Both the position numbers and the translations under genes were made by a program. From Octopus sinensis (lineage: Eukaryota): a stretch of DNA of 64,000 nucleotides. Shown here in pieces: positions 24,011 through 38,475 of the stretch; position 1 is the first letter of the stretch, and each line of letters starts with the position of its first letter. Under the pieces are notes generated by a model that was not told the origin of the DNA, made no database searches, and was given only the letters and a program-made list of their open reading frames with translations. The stretch lies in contig NC_043003.1 in NCBI RefSeq assembly GCF_006345805.1, forward strand, positions 101,494,001 through 101,558,000, given 5' to 3'.

Positions 24011-24058
24011 ATGAAAATGCAGTGGAGTGATTCGAATTACGACGGCCATGAACCTTCG
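24011..24058 (+). CDS. EIF3L: EIF3L exon 1 ([16 protein letters not shown])
   Basis: ATG AAA ATG start (the second ATG at 24017 has A at -3). Donor |gtatat, phase 0, in frame with exon 2. The N-terminus is poorly conserved, so this exon is less certain. Confidence 0.7.
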
Positions 24059-25321
24059 GTATATATTTATTAATATTTTATCTTACGAAATTCTTCTTCA
24101 ATTATCTTTTTTTCTTTTTATTCTGAAAATACTGTAATCCTCATGATATCCGTCCCGTTTCTCTTGCCGCCACATGGTTTACAGTCACTCCATCAACATG
24201 GTGGAACTTCCTTTCAGATTTACCGCAAATTGTCAGGAATTCACTTTTAATAACGCAATAATTTCTCACCAATTGTTTTATATGAAACTTCTCCCGCTTA
24301 TATAGGAATATAGTTAAATTATTTCGCTTCACTAAGCTTTAATTTCCTGTAGCCGTAAAACGAACGAAGAAAAAATTTTACCGGCATATGTCGGGCATCT
24401 GCTTCTTTTCATTGAGTAAAGAAGGCCTTACATTTTTAGATAATGAAGGAAACAGTCATATCCTTCTCGGGTATATAAGAGAAGTGAAATGGCTTTTTTT
24501 TTTTTTTTTTTGAAGGAAAAAGAAATACATGATATTGTCGGTTTATATAACGAACATTTCAATATTGCATAAGAATTCTATGTAAATTGTTTAGTTCCAG
24601 ATCATCCCTTATTAAAGATATAGTTCAATAAATTCTTCCTTTTTTACTTTGTTATCGCATCTTAATACGATGTGAATAGTTTTGTGACCATAATGCCCAT
24701 GAGGAATTTCCAGGCATTTTGTAAAATCGAGTATTTTCATTTATCGTAGATCATGCTACTGTTTAGAATATATCAACAAAAGATTATGTGGTGGAAGATA
24801 TTTGTATGGATATGAATACTTAAAGAGAAAGCGATGTAGTATAAAAACTGTAATACTAAGTATAGCAAGTATTCAGTTTGGCAGTCTATGATCTATATTA
24901 AAACGATGACTTTTCCCCATGTGATTGGGAAGCAATGGAAAGACTTCCACCTGGGGGGGGGGGGGGCAAAAAGAAGTCTTGCCAGAAGCAATATATGTTC
25001 TGAGTTCAAATCTTGCCTTGACCAACTTATCCCCCCTCCCCGGTCGATATGAACCCCAGTTAAGTACTGGTGAAACCGTTGTGTGTGTGTGTATATATAT
25101 GCTCTTCTACTTGTTTCAGTCATTTGACTGTGGCCTTGCTGGAGCACCGCCTTTAATCGAGCACATCGCCCCCAGGATTTATTCTTTGTAAGCCTAGTAC
25201 TCGGTCTCTTTTGCCGAACTGCTAAGTTACGGGGACATAAACACCAGCATCGGTTGTCAAGCGATGTTGGAGGTGGGGCAAACACAGACACACAAACATA
25301 TACACACACACACGCACACAT

Positions 25322-25357
<36 letters not shown>

Positions 25358-28300
25358 TATATACGACGGGCTTCTCTCAGTTTCTGTCTCCCAAATCCAC
25401 TCACAAGGCTTTGGTCGGCCCAAGGCTAGGTACTACTTGAGAACAGTGGTCCCGGTGCACGTACTCGCTCATCCGCGCCAGCTAGTCATGACTAGTCGAT
25501 CCTTATTTTGTGTTTTATTTACTTTGCTAGGTAGTCGTTGTAGGATCGACTACGCGTGTGCGCGCACCGGGACCACTGTTCGCTAGTAGTACCCAAGGTG
25601 CCAGTGTATGTATACATAAGTGTGTGTATAGACAGTTGCATACAGAAGTGCCGATCACTTGAAATGAATGGAACTTGTGGAAGACATGGGATGAAGTATT
25701 GAAGGTCTATCTCAAAACACTGAACCTTAGAAAGCACCGAGATATTTGGCGCCTTGATGTACTCAAGAAGACCTGTCTGCCACAGAAGAATTGATACCAG
25801 TGCTGGTGCCACATGAAAAGAACCCAGTACACTGTGGAGTAGTTGGCATTTGGAAGGGCATACAACCGTAGAAACCATGCCAGAACAGACAATGGGGCCT
25901 GGTGCATCCCCTGGCCTTACCAGCTCCAGTCACACCATCCCACCCATGTTTGTAGGTGTGGAATAAGTATCATGTCAAATTTATGTATATAATTGTTAAA
26001 CTAATCTGTTATTCTATTTTACAGGATAGTTATGGTGGGTACTCAGATTATGAAGGTCATTCAGGTAAGGAAGTTTACCTACACCTCATTTAGCTGTTGA
26101 ATATCTTCATTTTTTTTTTTATCCAACTCAAATTTTAGCAGTTTTGTGCTTCATTAAAGTACTGTTCCAATTTTACCATGATATATACCAGGTGCAGGTA
26201 TGGCTGCATGGTTAAGAACCTTGCTTCTCAACCATGTGGTTTTGCATTCAGTCCCACTGCATAGCACCTTGGGTAAGTGTCTTCTGCAATAGCCTAGGGA
26301 AAACCATATCTGTTTATATATACACGCTTATGTGTGTATGTAGCCCTGTCTTCATACCATGTGGTGATTGTAGATCACCATCATACAAGCATTGTTGTGT
26401 TTCCTGTTTTCCATGGGGGAAATATTGCTTTCTTCTGAAACTGATGATTGGCCACAAGTAGAGCGTTCAGCCATAGAGAATCTACTTTAACAAATTCCAC
26501 CTGGCTCGTGCCAGCATAGAAAAGTGTATGTTGAAAGGATGGTGATACATGTATGCAGTTATGGCTAAGTAATTAAGAAGTTCTGTTTGCAACCATGAGG
26601 TCTCAGGTTCAGTCTTGCACATGTCTTTATCATAGTCTCAGATCAACCAAAGCCTTCTGGATGAATTTGGGTGGACAGAAACTGTAGAAGACTGTCAGAT
26701 TGTCCTTGTAATTCAATGGTTCAGTCCACTTATATTTCTATCCTTCTAATTCTAGTTGAAAAATGTTATTGTGGGTTCATGTGCCTGTGGAATACTTGGT
26801 CACTTTGTGTGCTAGTTTAATTAGCGGGTTGTTCATTATTGAGGGAGGTGGCTTTATGCAAGATGCTGAGAAGTTAAGATATGATACAGGAACCTGAACA
26901 GGTGTCTTGCTGTGGAGGAAATAATTGGAAAAAATGGAGATGATGTCTGTATGTGTGTTGGTGGAGCCTTCAATTTTTGGCAGACTCATAAGGGTACTGT
27001 TGTGAAGTATGACATGCTTTAGACACTTAACACATAAAGTGTGATGGGCCATGATAATGGCCATCAGGCACAGGTCGACAGGCCACGATCATGGCCTAAA
27101 TAGATGCATTTAATTTATGGGCTTTTGTCAAGGTCTAATGTCATTCAAATGCTCCGATACCCCCCAGAATGCAAGAGGATTAATAAAACTTGCTACCATT
27201 ATATACTAAGAAGATATTTTAACTATTATATATTTTTTGTGTTTGCATGGTAGTCTCATTTTCATAAAATGTGCTCTGCAGTCCGTGCTGTGTAAGTGCA
27301 AATCCCAGCACTTTATGGGTTAAGCTTGGTTGAGTCCTTCTAGAGAAAAAGAGAGAAGAAGAAACTCCAGTATTAAATTGGTATTTATATTTTGAATTCA
27401 GAACACAACTGGTGTGATCACCACAAAAGTTTCTTACAACTCTGCCAAGAGATGTATGTATGTTCTGGGTCCATCATTGTCTAGAGCAGTCATGAGCATA
27501 CTGTGGCCAGCTAGACTTTCTGAATGGCATGTTAACAAAAAAATTCCCTTGAGTTTTTCTTTTAGTAGTGCAGCTCACCTGAATGTAAGCCATGTTTCAT
27601 ATGGCCTACTTCTTGTAAAAAATTGTCTATACCTGATCTAGATGGTTAAGATTACCTTGATATTGTGGGGTTATTCTCTTCCCTTACTCCACTTGCTTTT
27701 TCTTCTCTCATTGCTCTCCCATTATACACTCTCTTTATTGCAATGCTTTGAGCAAATGGACATTGAGGAGAGATAATGTAAGGTCAAGAGACCATTTACT
27801 CTTGTTGAGGACATGACAACTTTTCTAATACTGGTGCCATGATAAAATGCATTCAGTAGGCTCTGTGGTTGGCATTAGGAAGAGCATCCAACCCCAGAAA
27901 TCTAGACAAAAATTAAACCTAGAGGTGAGACTGGGTCTTCTGCTTCACTTAGGTGGACAGTAGATTTGAATAAGAACCAAGTCAGACTGTGACAATTTGT
28001 CCAACCCATACCAGCATGGAATTACTCTTTAATAGCTTGGTTGTGCAAGATTTGTGTTCATACTAGGAATGCTGGCATCTCAAACACCGTGAGTGAAAGA
28101 ATCAGAGGAAGAGGTGGGGAAGTGAATGATTAATTAATATTTTTCTTTTTAAAGTTAGTATTCATTTCATCATTTTGTATAAGCACCAAGACATTTAATA
28201 AAAGTTGAATTATTATTATTATTGTATGGCGGGCCATATTTCCTGATATTACCATGGCAGCAAAAGTAGACTTCCAAAGTTACCCATCATACAACCCTGA

Positions 28301-31300
28301 AACTTTTGCAGGGAGAGGATTAGTTGATTAGATTGATCCCAGTGCTTGACTGGTACTTATTTTATCAACCCTGAAAGGATGAAAGGCAAAGTCGACCATT
28401 GTGGAATTTGAACTCAGAAAGTAAGGACGGACAAAATGCCACTAAGCATTTTTCCTTGTGTGGTAATGATTTTGATGCTCACTGCCTTTTACACTAGTAT
28501 AAAATAATAACCATTACTGTGATAGATTGATTGATGTATGTGTGGAAATTTTTAATGGAATTAAGCTCAAACAATGAGAAGAAAATCCAGATGATGTGAA
28601 CATCAGAGTTATAGAATCTGTGTGTTGAGGGTGTTGTGTTTTGAAGAAATTTGGGTACCCAACCAAGTATTAGTATCATATGGGTTTTGTTCTTAATCTT
28701 TAATGCACACATTCTAACATTCATTTTTATGGTATTTATACTGTCAGTAGATGGTGTTTTGATTAATTTTAAAGTTATGTTTATCATGTAAAGGAGTAAA
28801 ATTTTCTCTCTATTCATATATAGCTTATCATAATAAATAGAAATAATTCATATTCAATCATCAATATTTTTTCATCTTTAAACCACTGTGTACATAAATT
28901 AGCATTGCACATATAATGTTTTTTTTTGTATTTTTTCCTAGGTGAGGTTTACCAGGATCAAGACTATTCTGAAAGTCATCATCAATACAGCCAGCCAGAC
29001 TATATTATTCCTGCAAACCTAAAGGACTTCCTGATCTATTTTCATAAAGTTATCACTGATCAAGATCTATATGAGATTCAAAATGCCTATGAAAATGGGT
29101 AAGTATTACAGTTACTATTTTTAAAAAAACTGCTCAAACGATGGACATCTTCAAGGTAGTTGCAACTTAGGGTAGCTATGTTTGTCCAATCTAGTTTGGT
29201 TCAAGTTTTTTGATCTTTTACTCAGTTCACACCACACTGGTGATTACTGTACATACATATCATGAGATTCAGCTATGAACAACAACAGCATTCTCCCATA
29301 CACGTGGTGTCTCCTACACACTCAATTTCATTTCTACTACTGATTTATAATTATATTCAACTTATAATAAAGCAATATCTACATCCCATTGCTCAAGCTG
29401 ACTGTGACTGAAATAGTTAATGTAGGTTGTTGCATTCAGAAATAAAACTAGGAGTAGCTGGCAAAATCTGGAAACCTTTTTTCAGCAGTAATCTCTGGTG
29501 TTCCAAAACTAGATATACTGAGAAATTTTTGAGACAAAAATGGGTGTATGTCAACACATCTCCCCATATAAATATGGTGTACCCCTTAATCACCATATAG
29601 TATATTTGCTACAGAGAAATAATTATATATGTATTGTCATCATCATTTAATATCCTTTTTTCCATGGGCTGGACAACTTAACCCTTTCAATACTAACCTG
29701 GCCGTAGCCGTCTGAAATATTTTTTGGTTCATAAGACCAACCTGGCCGTAGCTGGCTGAGAGTACCCATTGTTATTTAAATGTGAATTTAAGCACAAATC
29801 TCTTTTGTGAAAATATGTGATTTCACTTTGTAAATAGTTGGCTTATAGTATCCGACATTGCTTGACATGATATCTGAACTCAGTGAATTTTGGGAGATTT
29901 TTTTTCCACATTTTTTCGGCATTGATTTTTCTTCAACTTTGAAAATGGATAGGAGTTTCATGTTATCAAGCATTGATTCCGAATTTAAAACTTTTTCAAT
30001 GGAAAATATGGAGATATTGAGAGAAGGAATGAATGAGGTACAATAATGAACAGGATATTTCTGTATCCGAAAATGAAACAAAGCGGCAATAGTGGCAGCA
30101 AAGACGATTTTACATTGGAATGAAGTAAAAACTTTAAAATGTTTTTATTAGAAATTTTTCTGAGGAGATTAGAGTTTATCTATAGTCTTTCTTAGGAAGC
30201 GAAACCATTAGACTTTTATTTTTTTCAGTATGCTTGTTTGAAATGATTACTGCAGAAAGAAACTGTTACGCAGAATGTAAACAAATACAAAATGGGGGAT
30301 TAAAGTTTGGAAAATTTGTGAAGCAAATACTGGGTACTGCTATGGATTTAGTTTTTATAGAGGGAAAATAATGTTAGTCAACATGGCCTAGGGTACAATG
30401 TGGTCTGGAATTTATCACTTCCAAACCATAACCAGGGCCATATATTATTTTTTGACCGATTTCTTTAAGGTAGATTCCAGTATTTCAGTTTATTTCACCT
30501 TGGTGGTACACCTGTTCTGTTGTGCATTAAATTCAACTGATGATCTAGTGATGTGCACAATTCTTCTATATCCAAATTTTGTTGCATACCTAATTGAATA
30601 TTAGCTGATGATCATTTTCTATGGTGATATTTAAACAAAATTTTAATCTTTTTACCTGGATTTACCTGTAATTAAAGTCACTTTGAGACAAAAGTTACAC
30701 AATAAAATTGATTAAGAACCCTTTCTTTAATTATGTTCCAAATATCACATTAATATGTTGATAAGTAAAAAAAAGTTAGAGTTGTTTAATGAAACTAGTC
30801 TAAATTCATGATTATTTTAGAATTTAATTGAAATTCATGAGGGTTGTATTTTGATCAGAAATATAGTAACGAAAGGGTTAACAAGAACAGATGAGCCAGA
30901 AAGCTACATCAGGTTCTGTTTTTGCATGGTTTATATATATATGTTAATCTTTGGTGAAAGCTAACTTTCTGTAAATTTGAATTCTTTAACCCTTTCGTTA
31001 CTATATTTCTGACCAAAATACACCCCTTATGTGTTTCAATTAATTTCTAACGTAATCATAAATTTAGTCTGGTTTCATTAAACAACTATAACCTTTTTAT
31101 TTATCAATATATTAACGTGAATTTTGGAAGATAATTTAATGAAATGTTCTCAACCAATTCTATACTATAATTTTTGTTACAAAGTGACTCTAATTGCAGG
31201 TAGATACAGGTAAATTCAACAAAATATAAAATTATTAAAATTTTGTTCAAACATCGCTACAGAAAATGGGTTATTAGCTAATATTCAGTTGGGTATACAA

Positions 31301-34300
31301 CAAAATTTTACTATAGAATTTGTTATTCTGGGTAACTTTCTGATACCCATAATAATATTTATGGCAAAATAATCCTTAATTTCATTTAAGGTTGTGGGAA
31401 ACCACAAAGTATCCTTTCTTTTGTTTTGTTTACATTTAGCGTAACGGTTTGTTTCCACCGTAATGATTTCAAATAGGCTCATTTGAAAAAGTAAAAAGAA
31501 ATAGTCTAAGGCTTTACTCTTCTGGGAAAGTCTGTGGTTTGGTCCACTGAAAAAAACAGTTTTTAAATTTTCACTCCATTCGGGTGCCAATTCATTTTCT
31601 TTATCGCTGTCGGAGCTCTCGAATTCACTGTTTTCACTTTCGGAAAATGAAACATCAGATTCATTATCAAATACCACGTGCTTTTTTTTTTCAGTCATAG
31701 AGTTAGATTTATGAAGGTCTTCAGTAGAAAATCCTTCGAATTCTGACTCGCTGCTTGATATAATGAAATTCGTATCCATTTTTTGTCAGAATTACAAATT
31801 TTGAAAACACAAGAGGAACAAATTTCGGAAAAAAATCTCCCAAAATTCACGGAATTAAAATTACACTTCGATTTTTGTACAAAACTGTAGTTGAACTGTT
31901 TACGAAGTATAATACGTGTTTTTACGAATGTACTAAAGAGATTTGCTCTGATATTCTCATTTAAATATGAATAGGTAAATTTGGGCAGCTTTGGGCGGTT
32001 TGGTCACATTAACCAAAATTTTTTTGGGGCGGTTTGGTATCGAAAGGGTTAATTGATGTTTCTTTCTGACTCCTGAGGAATAAATAAGAAAATCAACCTT
32101 GATATATTACAATAAAAATGCATTTGCATTAAATTATATTCTAGGATAATTTCTTTTTCAAAAATAAAAATATGCTTCGTTATTAAAAAATAAAATTTCT
32201 TTACTGTCATCATCATGATCATTTAACATCCATTGTCCATGCTAGCATGAGTTGGACAGTTTGATTGTGCTGGCATGCTGGAAGGCTGTGCCAGGATCTA
32301 GTCTGATTTGGCATGGTTTTCTATGGCTCGGTGCCATTTGCATGCCACCAGTATCTGCTACGACTGTGATTTTGCTCGGTTTGATGGATCTTCTCAAGCA
32401 CAACATAATGCCAAAGGTCTTGACTGTTGCCTCCATGAGGCCCAGTACTCGAAAGGAACTCAGCCACTTTGCCTCCATCAGGCCTGGCATTCAAAAGGTT
32501 GATTTTATTTTTCTTTACATGACACCAGCACAGGTGCACTTGGTTTGACGGGTTCTCTTCAGTAGAGCACATCACCAAAGGTCTCTGTCACTAGTCATTG
32601 CCTCTGTGAGGTTTGAAGGTCATGCTTCACCACCTCATCTCATGTCTTCCTGGGTCTGCCTCTACCACAGGCCCCTTTCGCAGTTAAAGATTGGCATTTC
32701 CTTATGCAACTGTCCTTGTCCATACACATCACATGACTATACCAAGATAGTTGTCTCACTTGCACATATCTGATTCCTTTTATGCCTAACTTTTCACAAG
32801 ATGTTTGCACTTTGTTGAACATGTTCGCTGACATTGCACATCCATACTGGCTTCATTTCTCTCAAGCCTACACATGTCCTTGGCTGTCATAGTCCAATTT
32901 TCGCTGCCATGCAACATAGCTGTTCACACATAGACATCAAACAATCTACCTTTCACTCTGAGAGAGAGGCCCTTTGTTGTCAGCGGGGGTAGGAGCTCTC
33001 TGAACTTTGTCCAGCCTAATCTTATTCTCACAGCTACGCTCTCAGAACAACCACCTCCACTACTAACCTGGTCGCCTAGATACCAGAAGCTATCTACTAA
33101 CCTCTACCTTGCTCCCCTGGCAGTTGATGGATATCTATTTTCCACACTTGTTCAGCATTTATTATGCCTGTGCACCTTCTGCGTATAAAAGTTAGTTTCT
33201 CTGTTGATCTTCCTTTGATGTTGCTGCACCTTTTGTGTGTCTAAAGCTTACACTAGGTGCATCTTATGAAGTTTCTACCTACACCTTTTCTACAGATTAA
33301 GCAGGGCCATCTACCTGAGGGAGAGGGAGATCCATCTGTCAGTTAAAGAGCTACTTTTAATTGACTATATGATGCAATTTCCCAGTGGAACAGTAAAGTT
33401 AACTGAAGCAAGAAACTAGTTATTACAATACTTATGCTGTTTTCCTAAGGACTAGAAGTAGGTGTGTCCATAGAACTTTTCCACACCAAGATCATATGTG
33501 TGTGGTTCAAACAGACTATTTTATTTTACAGATTCAATAAGTTGACTGACCGTTACTTCCGGAACACTCCCTGGCCAGAAACTGCAGCGGTGTCTAATAT
33601 TGTGAATGGTAAGTGAAAATGCCTTGATTTTTATCTTGATTAACCCTTGGTCTACCAGAGAAAATGTATGTCACTAATTACCAACTGGGTCCAATGGACC
33701 CAATATTTTTCTTTTAATTAAATTTTATTCAAACTACCACTATTTCTTAGCTACATTATATATGTTATCAGGTGAATGAAGAATTATTGTTTCTCATAAT
33801 TTTTAATAAGAAAAATACAACTCACAGAACATAGTATAAATTTTAAAAATTACAAAAATACACAATCACAGCTCATCATGGCAGTGAATGCAGACAACAT
33901 TGGAATGTTCTTGGCAAACATGGATATTATAATTCTTACATCTAGTACAAGTTTTCCCGTCTTTTTTTTTTGGACCACACAAAGAACACCTTCCTTTTTT
34001 CTTTGGCTTAGGAATCTCAAATGAAGTTGAAGATAGTCTTCTTTTCTTGTTTGGTTGAGAAATGTTAGCGGAACAAGGAGATTGTTTGTCACGTTCTTGT
34101 TTAGCATATATCCAGCAAGTTCCTTTCCTAAATGAATTTGGCACTGTCTTCTTTTATCCTTGAAACTTAGCAACAATGAAAGTATTCACTGCACTTATAT
34201 CAATCACTTTGTAGAATATAACCATAGGCCATCTTCGAGTCATTCTTTTGCAAGTGTATGTCCCTGCCATCTTGTTTAGAGTATCTACTCCTCCTTTTGT

Positions 34301-36255
34301 TTTGTTGTAACATGTTATAACTTCAGGTTTCTTTCCAGCACTTTTTGAATCATTTGGAGGCTGAGAGTGCATTGTACTCATAAGCGTGACTACATAATTT
34401 TTCTTGGGACAAAAAGATAGGATCGTAGAATCCTTTTGAAATCCAAATATTGTGCTGTTAATTTCTCTTTCTTTTTTATTTGCGAAAGCACTTGAAAGTT
34501 CAACTCTCTTCTTTCTAATTGTTCCAACTAAAGTAATTTTCTTGCTAAGCAGCTTTCGAGCTAATCCCAAACTTATTAAAAAAAATTATCACAAGTTATA
34601 TTCACCTGACTGGCTTCCATACCGGTGGCATGTAAAAAGCACCCACTACACTCTCGGAGTGGTTGGCATTAGGAAGGGCATCCAGCTGTAGAAATATTGC
34701 CAGATCAGATTGGAGCCTCCTGGCCTGTCAGTCCCCAGTTAAACCATCCAACCCATGCCAGCATGGAAAATGGATGTTAAACAATGATGATGATGACATT
34801 GCAACCAGTATTTTCAAGTTCTTTTAATAGGTCTTCAACAACTCTTGAACCTTGATTTGTCTCTCTCCCTTTTACTGGGACTTTTCCAGTGTAGATTTGC
34901 ATTTACCGGGCATAAGATGCTTCACTGTCGCATATTGCCCAAATTTTAACTTCATATTTGCCTGGTTTTGAGGGAATATATACCTGGAATAGGCTGCGCC
35001 CTCTGAATGAAACTAAATGTTCATCAACTGTCATGCATGAACTTAGAACATATCCATCTTGCAAATTCTGATTCCACATTTCAAGTACTTCTATTCTGGG
35101 CTCCAATTTATCATCACTTCTCATTTTTTTCTTGCATTAGTGTCATCAAAAATGCAATATTTGTAAAAACTGTTGAAATCTTCCCTGGCTCATAATTTTG
35201 TTGAATATTGGGCGGCCATCTTCATGACTCCATAACTGTGTGACATTTTTCATGTGTGACATTTTTCATATATTTATACTTTCCTGAAAGATGATGCAAT
35301 ATATTGTAAGAATTGCATCATCATAGAAATATTGCACCACCCTATAACCTAGCAGATTGAAGGTGATGCAATACCATACAAATTTATAGTAAAATTTTCA
35401 TAATTTCATAATTTCTCCTGTTTTATCTAAAATCCAGCAAATAAATTGAATACAATTTTATATCTGATAAATATCTAGGAAGATAATATTTGATACTGCT
35501 TTTATTCTGTTTAGACTGACAAAAGTATTGTCTGAATTTAATTCAGGGGTCCAATGGATCCATGTAGTAATTAATGTATAAAGTGAAATTCTCTAGCTTT
35601 CATAAACATATGGAAAATTTCCTATTTGATACATAAAAGAGAGTCAAGAAAAAATAAGCAACTGAAAAAACTGAAATGGGTCCATTGGACCCATTGATTG
35701 ACAAAAGGTTAATGCAAATTGTATATGTTTAATGAAATTGGAAATATGTGTATATGTTTTCACACAGCATATTTATTTATTTACAGATGAACTATTTCTT
35801 ACCTTGTACAGAGAGCTCTACTATCGTCATTTGTATGCCAGAGTTCCAGTAAGTACAAACACAGTTTTATTGTTTGAATAAATGACTGAAACATTCCAAA
35901 TTACTTTGTTGTTCAACTGTTGTATTCTCTTTTAGAACATTTGATTAATTTATTGGAGAAACGAAAGAGTAACAGTTAACTGAATTTTTAGTCACATTGC
36001 TAGCCATTTTCAGAAGTGAATCCATTAACTCTTGCCTTCTGAGAAATAACAAATAACTAGAATTCATTGAAGCTTGTGGTCATCTGTGTTGACAAAAAAA
36101 GTTTGAGATGTGAACTAGAGCTCACATCTCAAACTTTTTCTAGCAGAGCCTTTCAACCTTACACAAACATAATATTACTATAACTTAAGACAAAAAAAAT
36201 TTACAAATTTTGATGTTGATCAGTGTGTATATAACTGTTGATGATTAAAAAATAT

Positions 36256-36300
<45 letters not shown>

Positions 36301-38419
36301 TGCCCTTTAGGATAAATAGTTTTATTAATATATTTAGAAGGAATTTAACCAAATCTAATTGTTTATTGCAGACAAAAACAACATTGCAGCATAGAATTGA
36401 TTCCTATTTCAACTACTGTAGTCTTTTCAATTATATTCTGAGTGAGTATATTTATATCTTTGCTTGATTTTTGGTCTGTACCCCTCAATAAGCTGTCTGT
36501 AAAGACATTTGCAATTGAACACTTCTCAGTGTTTCAGTTTTATCAAAAATTTCTTTATAATTTTCAGTAGTAATTATGAAATTATTTTGCTTGCTTACTT
36601 GTATAATATTTAACTAGCAGAATTCATCGAAATTCTATGACTCATTTTGTGGTACAGTATTAGACATAAACATCTCCCCACTTAGTAATAATATCCTGTC
36701 ATTTCTTTCATAATCCTTTAATTTCCCAGGGTAAAAGTAGCTTGACCTAGCTATTATATACTAAAATTGCATATCAAGTTACTTATAATTGTGAATTGGT
36801 TTGTAACTGGTCACTATAAGAAATTTCCATGGCAACTAAATGCATAAACTAGTAATATAATGTTTTATTAGGAATAGTATAACAATAATCTCTTGAATAT
36901 GATTGGCTGTCAGCAAGCATTCTTATTTGCACAAATTATCTTGTTATTGATTAGGACTTAAAGGGTTCATAGTATATATTGTGAATGTAGAACTGGAGCG
37001 GCTGAAGTATCAGAGATGTGTTGTTATATTGTAGAGAAACATGAAATGGAAGATTTGTATCTTGTGTGTATGGTAGACAGTTATAGACATGAAATAACTT
37101 GTAAAACAAGCCTAGTTTGCCCCCTCACACACACACACAAAAACCCTCCAAAATTAGTCAGCCAATCTAGTAATCTTGTTCTTTAAATGTCAACAGCCTA
37201 AAGGTGCCTTAAATCTTCTAGTACTAAACTTTTTGTTATTAATTTCCTGTGTCTCTAGACGATAATGAACCGGTTCCTTTGGATTTACCTAACCAATGGT
37301 TATGGGACATCATCGATGAGTTTATTTACCAGGTAGGCCTACTTCAAAACATATATGTACATACTTTTGTCTTTCTTTTCTTGTACCTGTCATTGAAAGG
37401 AATTCCTTTCAGGTTGTTTTATCCCAGGCAGATTTTCTATGGCCAGGTACCTTTTCAACCCTAACCTGTTTCCAAGCAAGGTAATATTTCCTCATAGCCA
37501 GACATGTTTTCCTGGAAGATTAAAAGCAACGGATGCCTCTTATATGAAAGTGACACTCATTTACAACTATTACACAATGTCATGGCATAGAGACACTGTC
37601 ATACACATATCCATGCATGCACATACACACAGATCTACGTTTTATTCTGTATCCATCTCCCACATAAACTCTCAAGGCTTTAACCAGCCTGGGACTTTAG
37701 TAGTAGACACTTGTTTAAGGTGTCACTCAGAGCAACTGAATCTGAATCCATTGTGTCATTCTGTTTTCATTTCTGCTATGACTATTAGCAGAGATGAAAA
37801 CAATGACAGACATGTCAAATCCTTTTAATATTCAACTTGCCTGGGACTGCCCTTGGTTCTGTGATACAAACTTCTTGTTTCAAACAAAATTCCACTTCAG
37901 TGTATATTCCAAACACCAACTTAATAATGACAGTTATTTCACTAAATTCATTATTTTCAAAATTAATTGAAACAAAAGCAATGTATTTTAACAAAAGGGG
38001 TAAGGTATGTGTAAACATTTTCATTGCTGATATTATCAGTAGCTTTGTGCTGTTATGAAAAATCAATACTGTTGCTCAACCTAGTTGAAACTATTTAGAC
38101 CCTGCCACTTCAGAAAGGAAAGGACACATTGGGTAATGTAATCCTAAATACACATTGTTTGATAAAATAAGAGATGCAAAAATCACAACCAGAACACTTT
38201 TTGGCACTTATACAGTTTTGCACTGTAAGAAAGCTCTCTCTGTTCTGTATATTGAAATCAGAGCCTACAGGAGTAAAGATAAGCAATATTGCATGTATAT
38301 ATAACAATTCTTTTGAAGCAAGTTTTCAGTGGAATGTTTTCCAAACAAAGTATTTTTACTCTTTTTTTTTTCTTTACTTGTCTCAGCTGTGACCATGCTA
38401 GAGCACAAACATTATCTCC

Positions 38420-38475
<56 letters not shown>

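Noticed and set aside
34154-34570. Identical piggyBac ORFs at two loci as a domesticated PGBD gene
   Set aside because: Both are fragments with frameshifts and a nested insertion next to the DNFF catalytic motif. The identity reflects recent duplication.
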